DNA from: a bacterium | Lineage (GTDB): Bacteria; JAMCPX01 | Assembly (NCBI GenBank): GCA_037439545.1 | Contig: JBBIVV010000004.1 | Location: 14,887 to 78,886, forward strand | DNA: 64,000 nt | Reading direction: 5' to 3' | Shown here: positions 57,611-64,000 of the stretch, one piece after another | Numbering within the stretch: position 1 is the stretch's first letter | Layout: each line of letters opens with the position of its first letter | The notes under the pieces: generated by a model | The model's database searches: none | What the model was told of the DNA's origin: nothing | Seen by the model: the letters and a program-made list of their open reading frames with translations, nothing else | Program-made: the position numbers and the translations under genes

Positions 57611-57612
57611 CT

Positions 57613-59520
57613 ATGAAAAACATTATTTATGATACGACCTATGACATTATTGTCGTTGGTGCGGGACATGCAGGCATAGAGGCTGCCCTTGCCGGTGCGC
57701 GCATGGGCAGCAAGGTCCTGATGCTTACCGGCAACCTTGATACAATAGGATATATGTCCTGCAATCCGGCTATAGGCGGTCTTGCAAAAGGACAGCTGGT
57801 CAGGGAGATAGATGCCCTTGGCGGACAGATGGCAAAGACAACGGATTACGCAGGAATACACTTCAGAAGGTTGAATACGAACAAAGGCCCTGCGGTCCGG
57901 GGTAACCGCGCCCAGTGTGACAGAGTCATGTACAGAACTTACATGAAAAAAGTCATAGAACAGCAGGAAGGCATTCATTTAAAGCAGGCAATGGTAACAT
58001 CGCTGATTGCTGAAAACGGCAGGGTAAAAGGGGTTAAAACATCCATTGGCATTATATTTTATGGTAAGACAGTCATTTTGACCACAGGAACCTTTTTAAA
58101 CGGACTGATACATATAGGGCTTACAAACTTTCCCGCAGGCAGGGCAGGGGATCCACCGTCAATAGGTATATCGGACAGTTTAAAGCAGCTCGGGTTTACC
58201 ATAGGCAGGCTAAAGACAGGAACTACACCAAGACTCGATGCAAAAACCATTGATTTTTCAGTACTTGAACCGCAGTACAGCGATGATCCTGCACTGCCGT
58301 TTTCATTTTCAACTCAACGTATAGTGAACCCGTTCGTTGCATGCTATATGACCTATACCAATGAACAGGCACATACATTTATCATGTCCGGGCTGGACCG
58401 CTCTCCCCTGTATACGGGGGTTATAAAGGGCGTCGGTGCAAGATACTGTCCTTCGATTGAGGATAAGGTCGTAAAGTTCAAAGACAAGCCGAGACATCAA
58501 ATATTCCTTGAGCCGGAAGGGTATCAGACCAAAGAGATATATCCAAACGGTCTTGCGACAAGCCTGCCTTATGATGTTCAGCTTCAGATGCTCAGGGCAA
58601 TAAAAGGGCTTGAAAATGTTGAAATAATGAGGCCGGGCTATGCAATAGAGTATGATTTTGTGGATCCGACACAGCTTTATCCGACCCTTGAGACAAAGCC
58701 TGTGCAAGGGCTTTACCATGCAGGACAGATAAACGGAACATCAGGCTATGAAGAGGCAGCAGCACAAGGTATAGTTGCAGGAATCAATGCCGCGTTAAAA
58801 GTACAGCAGAAGGAGCCGCTTATCATAACAAGACAACAGGCATATATAGGAGTACTTATCGATGATCTTGTGACAAAAGGTACCCAGGAGCCTTACAGAA
58901 TGTTTACCTCGAGGGCAGAGCACAGACTTGTTCTGAGGGAAGATAATGCAGATATGCGCTTAAGCGATACCGGCAGGTCGATCGGGCTCTTAAGCAATGA
59001 AGATTACGAGCTATTTCTGCAGAAAAAGGAACAGTATAAAGAAATCATCGGCAGGCTGCAGACAAAAAGGATAAAAGGCGGGCAGGCAAATGATATACTT
59101 GGTGAAACAGGCTATGAGAACAGCGTTGATACGCTCACCCTGTATCAATTGTTAAAAAGGCCGAACATTACGATGAAACACCTTGAATCCATTGATCCGG
59201 AGTTAATCCATGTAAACAAAATGATAAAGGATGCGATAGAGGTCGAGATAAAATACGACGGATACATCAAAAGAGAGATTGAACTTATAGAAAGACTTGC
59301 AAGACTTGAAGATACAAAGATACCGGGAGATTTTAAGTATAATGCTATTCCGGGATTATCGACAGAGATAAAAGAAAAGCTGAACAAATTCAAACCCATA
59401 ACACTGGGACACGCATCCCGCATCTCGGGCATTACGCCTGCTGCAATAGCTGTGCTCGATGTATATATAAAAAAGCATAGATCAGATAGCCTGCAAATCT
59501 CATATAAAGATAAATGTTGA
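57613..59520 (+). CDS. mnmG: tRNA uridine 5-carboxymethylaminomethyl modification enzyme MnmG (GidA)
   Basis: 635 aa with FAD motif [18 protein letters not shown] and conserved GidA body. Confidence 0.95.
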   Translation: MKNIIYDTTYDIIVVGAGHAGIEAALAGARMGSKVLMLTGNLDTIGYMSCNPAIGGLAKGQLVREIDALGGQMAKTTDYAGIHFRRLNTNKGPAVRGNRAQCDRVMYRTYMKKVIEQQEGIHLKQAMVTSLIAENGRVKGVKTSIGIIFYGKTVILTTGTFLNGLIHIGLTNFPAGRAGDPPSIGISDSLKQLGFTIGRLKTGTTPRLDAKTIDFSVLEPQYSDDPALPFSFSTQRIVNPFVACYMTYTNEQAHTFIMSGLDRSPLYTGVIKGVGARYCPSIEDKVVKFKDKPRHQIFLEPEGYQTKEIYPNGLATSLPYDVQLQMLRAIKGLENVEIMRPGYAIEYDFVDPTQLYPTLETKPVQGLYHAGQINGTSGYEEAAAQGIVAGINAALKVQQKEPLIITRQQAYIGVLIDDLVTKGTQEPYRMFTSRAEHRLVLREDNADMRLSDTGRSIGLLSNEDYELFLQKKEQYKEIIGRLQTKRIKGGQANDILGETGYENSVDTLTLYQLLKRPNITMKHLESIDPELIHVNKMIKDAIEVEIKYDGYIKREIELIERLARLEDTKIPGDFKYNAIPGLSTEIKEKLNKFKPITLGHASRISGITPAAIAVLDVYIKKHRSDSLQISYKDKC

Positions 59521-59544
59521 CATTTATTATTAAGTCATTATACT
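59517..59544 (+). promoter_or_regulatory. Sigma70-like promoter for cspA (TTGACA-16-TATACT)
   Basis: TTGACA at 59517-59522, 16-nt spacer, TATACT at 59539-59544. It would give a ~115-nt 5'UTR, typical for cold-shock mRNAs. Confidence 0.4.
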
Positions 59545-59664
59545 AAAGTCATTACAGTCATTGATTGACCTCGTGAGAAAACGAAAGAGAATGAAGTTTG
59601 GACGGGGTCACAAGCTCCGTTAAATTTTTCTAACGGAGGGACTACAAAAGGAGGAAAGGTTTTA

Positions 59665-59865
59665 ATGGCAAGTGGAAAGGTAAAATGGTTCAGTGATGCA
59701 AAAGGCTACGGTTTCATTGAACAAGATAATGGGCAGGATATATTCGTCCATTATTCAGCGGTTGAGGGAGACGGATTTAAGTCTCTAAAGGCAGGAGATC
59801 AGGTTAGTTTTGAGGTAATATCAGGTCCAAAAGGACCACAGGCTTCAAAAGTTACAAAAGCTTAG
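59665..59865 (+). CDS. cspA: Cold-shock protein (CspA family)
   Basis: 66 aa with RNP motifs KWFSDAKGYGFI and VHYSA. Confidence 0.9.
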   Translation: MASGKVKWFSDAKGYGFIEQDNGQDIFVHYSAVEGDGFKSLKAGDQVSFEVISGPKGPQASKVTKA

Positions 59866-59906
59866 TTATTAAGTTTAGATTTCAAGGCCTTTTAAAACAA
59901 GGTTTC

Positions 59907-59937
59907 ACCCCAGTCTCACAAGACTGGGGTTTTTTTA
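59907..59937 (+). terminator. Rho-independent terminator after cspA
   Basis: ACCCCAGTCT-CACA-AGACTGGGGT, a 10-bp perfect stem, followed by TTTTTTT. Confidence 0.65.
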
Positions 59938-60002
59938 TAACAAATTTCGGTTCACTATGCTCTTGATATGAAGACGAAATCATGTTTTAATCTCTCCCGG
60001 TC

Positions 60003-60974
60003 ATGCTGATAAGATTTATTGTTAAAAGATTTCTCCTTATGATTCCGGTAATGCTCGGCATTACCTTTATTTCTTTTGTGATTATTTCACTTGCACCGGG
60101 TAATATCCTGACATCTCTAAGAATGAATCCTTATATATCTGAAAAAACGATACACATGATGGAACAGGCGTACGGCTTAAATAAGCCGATGATCGAGCGG
60201 TACGGGTTATGGCTCTGGCAGGTCCTGCACCTCGATCTCGGCGTCAGCATATACTATCATGCCTCGGTTACCGGGCTTATTCTTTCAAGAGCTGCAAACA
60301 CCCTTATCCTGTCTGTAGCCGTGATAGTTGTTTCATGGTTCGTTGCACTGCCCCTTGGTATTGCATCAGGCATAAGGGAAAACAGCTTTTTTGATCATAC
60401 CGTAAGTACGGCCAGCTCCATCGGCATATCCATACCTGGATTTTTTATTGCCTTCATAGTGCTGTTGATCGTTGCACGGACAGGTTTTCTTCCGAGTGGG
60501 GGAACGACCAGTCCATTGTATGATCTTTTAAGTCCTGCAGACAGGCTGTATGACAGGTTCATACATCTTCTTATGCCGGTTACAGCCCTTGCAGTTCCGC
60601 AGATTGCGTCGTACGCACGTTTGATAAGGGCGAACGTTATAGAAACAAAACGCGGTGATTTCGTAAATTCAGTAAAAGCACGAGGGTTAAGCAATAACAG
60701 GGTCATCTATGTTCACATAATGAAAAATGCTATCAATCCGTTCATAACCCTCGCGGGTTATGATTTTGCAAGCCTGCTCGGCGGTGCTGCACTCGTTGAA
60801 ACTATACTGAATCTTCAGGGACTCGGCACCTTGCTGCTCAAAGCGGTAATGTCCATGGATGTATTCCTTATTATGGGTGATATTCTGATTGGAGCAGGTA
60901 TGCTTCTGATAGGAAATTTAGCGGCTGACATCGCGCTTCTGTATATTGACCCAAGGATAAAAGCGCACGCATAA
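60003..60974 (+). CDS. ABC transporter permease, OppB/DppB family
   Basis: 6-TM permease with the EAA-like loop region; 323 aa. Confidence 0.8.
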   Translation: MLIRFIVKRFLLMIPVMLGITFISFVIISLAPGNILTSLRMNPYISEKTIHMMEQAYGLNKPMIERYGLWLWQVLHLDLGVSIYYHASVTGLILSRAANTLILSVAVIVVSWFVALPLGIASGIRENSFFDHTVSTASSIGISIPGFFIAFIVLLIVARTGFLPSGGTTSPLYDLLSPADRLYDRFIHLLMPVTALAVPQIASYARLIRANVIETKRGDFVNSVKARGLSNNRVIYVHIMKNAINPFITLAGYDFASLLGGAALVETILNLQGLGTLLLKAVMSMDVFLIMGDILIGAGMLLIGNLAADIALLYIDPRIKAHA

Positions 60975-60981
60975 AGACGCT

Positions 60982-61998
60982 ATGATAGACCGAATCCACA
61001 ACAACGCAAAACCGCTCATACTTACTGCAGGTATAGTGCTTTTCATACTTTATGTGAGCGCAATTTTTGCGGATTTTATAGCACCATATCCGTCCGCATC
61101 GCAAAACCGGTCATTCCCGGATGAGCCGCCGACGGCCATCCATATAACAGAACGGAAAAATGGGAAAACCGTATTCGTGCGACCCTATGTGTACAGGTAT
61201 GTTTTATCCGATATCCACAGTCAGACATATAAAGAGATAAAAGACACTACTTATCCGGTATGGTTTTTTAGCAAGGGCAAATTGTTCTCTGTAAAAGGAG
61301 CCGGCATACATCTTTTGGGAACAGATCCGCTCGGCAGGGATTATTTTTCAAGACTTATGTTCGGCGGAAGGATAAGTCTTTTTATAGGTTTGATTGGTGC
61401 AGGGATAAGTTTTGCCCTTGGCATTATCATAGGAACCATCTCGGGTTACCTCGGAGGTCTCGTTGATGCCTTTATCATGAGACTTACAGAGATTGTCATG
61501 TCATTGCCGACATTTTATTTTCTTCTTACATTGGCAGTCATCATACCCGCAGGTGTCAGTTCATCTACGACATTTATGCTTATAATAGCAATACTGAGCC
61601 TGATAGGATGGGCAGGCTTTGCAAGGGTTATAAGAGGCATGGTGCTGAGTCTTAAAGAACGGGATTTTGTCGTCGTGTCAAAAGCTTACGGCGATTCTCC
61701 CTGGGGCATCATACGGAAACAACTTGTCCCGAATCTCATGTACTACACGGTTGTTTCGATTACCCTTGCGATCCCGGGTTATATCATCAGTGAATCGGCA
61801 CTTAGCCTGCTCGGTCTCGGCATAAGGGATCCCGACGTGAGCTGGGGCAATATGCTGAGTGAGGCAACGAATATAGAAGCCCTTTCATCAAGGCCGTGGA
61901 TGCTGGCATCCGGAATTTTTATCATCATAACTATCTTTTGTTTGAATATTATTGGCGATTATCTCAGATCGAAGCTCGATCCAGGGATGCATCCATGA
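60982..61998 (+). CDS. ABC transporter permease, OppC/DppC family
   Basis: 338 aa with N-terminal anchor and OppC-type permease core. Confidence 0.8.
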   Translation: MIDRIHNNAKPLILTAGIVLFILYVSAIFADFIAPYPSASQNRSFPDEPPTAIHITERKNGKTVFVRPYVYRYVLSDIHSQTYKEIKDTTYPVWFFSKGKLFSVKGAGIHLLGTDPLGRDYFSRLMFGGRISLFIGLIGAGISFALGIIIGTISGYLGGLVDAFIMRLTEIVMSLPTFYFLLTLAVIIPAGVSSSTTFMLIIAILSLIGWAGFARVIRGMVLSLKERDFVVVSKAYGDSPWGIIRKQLVPNLMYYTVVSITLAIPGYIISESALSLLGLGIRDPDVSWGNMLSEATNIEALSSRPWMLASGIFIIITIFCLNIIGDYLRSKLDPGMHP

Positions 61999-62119
61999 AT
62001 GCGATAAAATATTTTTAAAAGATGATTTGCAATTAAGGATATTGTCATATAATAAACAACAAAAGAGAATTGTTTACTTTTTGCACAAAATCAGGTAAAA
62101 GGAATAAAAAATACAAATT

Positions 62120-63937
62120 ATGACGGTAAAAACAGAAGAAGATAAATATACCGAATTTATTAAACAGTTAGTCATTAAACTTCTTGAAATATCAGGGGCT
62201 GAACAGCTCTTCAATGCATTCCTTACGACGGTAATCCAGGTCACCGGCATGGAGATGGCAGCAATTCACCTGTACAATGCAGCAACGGGAAAATTAGAGG
62301 TTACGAAAAGCATTAATATACCGAATGATGTTCTCCATGTCATTGAAAGGCTTTCGCCGTACGATGGCGTAGTCGGGACATCGTTCTCTGAATCCAGGAT
62401 GTTATTTTATAACAGAACAGCACATGATAATCAGGCGATGTCTGTCGTATCGAATAAAATCGGAACGGTCATAGCAATCCCCATGAAACATAAGGATTTG
62501 CTGATAGGCGTCCTGGCTATTGCAAGTAAAAAGTCCGTATCAAACGAGAATTTTGATAAACCATTTTTAGAAAGCATGACCCGGCATATGGGAGATCTGA
62601 TTGAATCCCTCAGGCAGGATAAAGAGCAATCCAGCACTGTGCGGTTGATTTCTTACAATGAGAGGATCATTGAAAATATAATTCAAAACCTGCCCAGCGG
62701 TGTCATGTATATAAACGGAAAAGGCGAAATACTCCTGTTTAACCCTGTCATGGAGCAAATTACCGGAATAAAGGCAGATGATATTATAAACAGGACTGCG
62801 GATGAATTTATACAGCTCATAAAACTCTCGGGTTTTGATTATAGAGAAGTCATAAAAAATGCGGTTGTGAAAAAAAGGGTGGACAGCCTCTGCACCCTGC
62901 CTGACGGCAGAGAAGGGAATCTCGGGTTTACCATGGCACCGATAACAGATGCAAACGGCAAAGGTGAAGGCGTCATTGCCCTGTTTGCCGATTTGATAGA
63001 GATAAAACAAAAGGAAAAAGAACAGCATAAAATGATGCATTTGGCCCTGGTGGGTGAAATGGCGGCCCGGCTCGCGCATGAGATTAGAAATCCACTGGCG
63101 AGTATAATCATAGGCATTCAACTACAAAAAAAACGGACTTCAGATACAGCAGACAGCCGGGATCTCGATATGATTATCTCCGAGATACAGAGGATAGAAA
63201 AGCTCATCAAGACCATGCTCACCTATTCAAAAACAGCAGTGCCCCGCATGGAGCCTGTTCATGCCGGGACTCTTATACAAAATGCACTCACGGTCATGTT
63301 CCCGAGGCTGTCGCATTACAATATAAAAGTTGAGCAGCATATCCCGGAGAATGCAGACCTTACGGTCATCGTGGACCAGGCAGCTATCCACCAGGTGCTT
63401 ATAAATATCATAAATAATGCTATCGATGCCATGCCGAAGGGCGGCACTCTTACCATAGACGCAATCACTACAGGTGCGCAATCCCCGCATACCGCAGTAT
63501 CGGAAACCGGCAGTAACAAGTATCCTCAGCAGGAATTTGTGAAGCCGGAGATGGTGAAAATAGACATACAGGACACAGGCTCCGGCATTGAAAGCATTTA
63601 TCTTGGCAAGATATTTACGCCATTTTTCTCGACAAAGGCAAAGGGGGTGGGGCTCGGGCTCAGTATTGTCAAAAATGTAATCGATGAGAATATGGGAAGG
63701 ATAACCGTCAGCAGTATTAAAGACAAAGGTACGGTGTTCTCTCTTTACTTTTTAAAAGGTACGAGACAGCGGTGTTATGAGGTTATAAATTGTCCGGCCA
63801 ATGAAAAAGACAAGTGCGAAATATTTTTAAAGGGTGATGTGTACAGATGTTTTAAATACAAAGATGCTGACAAGGGATGCTGCAATATATTATGTGTAGA
63901 TTGTGCTGTATATAAAAATGGAGTCGTGCCGTTATGA
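62120..63937 (+). CDS. Sensor histidine kinase: GAF-PAS-HisKA-HATPase with Cys-rich C-terminal tail
   Basis: H-box HEIRNPLASI, N/G1/G2 ATPase boxes (NNAIDAM, DTGSGI, GLGLSI), and a 57-aa tail with 9 Cys (63764-63934). Confidence 0.85.
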   Translation: MTVKTEEDKYTEFIKQLVIKLLEISGAEQLFNAFLTTVIQVTGMEMAAIHLYNAATGKLEVTKSINIPNDVLHVIERLSPYDGVVGTSFSESRMLFYNRTAHDNQAMSVVSNKIGTVIAIPMKHKDLLIGVLAIASKKSVSNENFDKPFLESMTRHMGDLIESLRQDKEQSSTVRLISYNERIIENIIQNLPSGVMYINGKGEILLFNPVMEQITGIKADDIINRTADEFIQLIKLSGFDYREVIKNAVVKKRVDSLCTLPDGREGNLGFTMAPITDANGKGEGVIALFADLIEIKQKEKEQHKMMHLALVGEMAARLAHEIRNPLASIIIGIQLQKKRTSDTADSRDLDMIISEIQRIEKLIKTMLTYSKTAVPRMEPVHAGTLIQNALTVMFPRLSHYNIKVEQHIPENADLTVIVDQAAIHQVLINIINNAIDAMPKGGTLTIDAITTGAQSPHTAVSETGSNKYPQQEFVKPEMVKIDIQDTGSGIESIYLGKIFTPFFSTKAKGVGLGLSIVKNVIDENMGRITVSSIKDKGTVFSLYFLKGTRQRCYEVINCPANEKDKCEIFLKGDVYRCFKYKDADKGCCNILCVDCAVYKNGVVPL

Positions 63938-64000
63938 ACATCCTAATCATTGATGACGAAAAAGTGCTCGCCCTTTTTATAGCCGATGCATTGGGGCAGC
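63934..64000 (+). CDS. Response regulator receiver protein (5' end only; continues beyond window)
   Basis: MNILIIDDEKVLALFIADALGQ is a typical receiver N-terminus. ATGA overlap with the kinase stop. Confidence 0.5.
   Translation, partial: MNILIIDDEKVLALFIADALGQ

Noticed and set aside
1-64000. CRISPR arrays, rRNA/tRNA genes, transposases/integrases
   Set aside because: Scanned for direct-repeat/spacer periodicity, tRNA-like cloverleaf candidates and transposase or integrase motifs; none found. The only mobile-DNA trace is the BrnT/BrnA remnant.

Overview
This is a 64-kb chromosomal window from an anaerobic Gram-negative bacterium. LPS genes (lpxK, lpxL-family), PBP1A, rubrerythrin, anaerobic glpABC and many radical SAM enzymes support that lifestyle. 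The window covers the replication-origin neighbourhood: dnaN and dnaA on the minus strand, with mnmE and mnmG (gidA) diverging on the plus strand. An AT-rich intergenic region with a (TA)n tract between dnaN and dnaA is the likely oriC/DUE.

The left half (about 9.2-33 kb) holds the most interesting content: a roughly 24-kb, tightly packed lipid/polyketide-type biosynthetic gene cluster on three strand blocks.
- Four FabF/FabB-like ketosynthases, one of them a fused KS-CLF didomain.
- Two overlapping tandem ACP genes.
- A PKS-type dehydratase fused to a Sfp-type phosphopantetheinyl transferase, two 4HBT hot-dog thioesterases, FabG, and a CrtI-like FAD desaturase.
- A MIO-type aromatic amino acid ammonia-lyase and a FakA/YloV-like DAK2 kinase.
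- A PlsC-like acyltransferase, LolA-like and YceI-like lipid carrier proteins and several lipoproteins.
- Three radical SAM enzymes: two SPASM-like paralogs and one B12-binding.

This architecture resembles aryl-polyene/flexirubin-type type II systems, but the radical SAM trio and desaturase recall the candidate ladderane-type clusters of anammox bacteria. No enoyl reductase or starter-activating AMP-ligase lies inside the cluster, and the product is unknown.

The rest of the window is largely housekeeping:
- argS and aspS.
- An O-antigen-ligase/TPR fusion.
- The PBP1A-lpxL-lpxK-mtnP operon.
- mrp, glpAB with a truncated glpC-like ferredoxin, a PLD-type cardiolipin synthase, cspA with promoter and terminator, and Opp-type ABC permeases.
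- A GAF-PAS histidine kinase with an unusual Cys-rich C-terminal tail.

Smaller oddities are a BrnA antitoxin next to a truncated BrnT toxin, palindromic operator-like motifs in front of mnmG, and an RBS-sequestering GC hairpin in front of the DH-PPTase gene. No CRISPR arrays, rRNA/tRNA genes or obvious mobile elements were seen.
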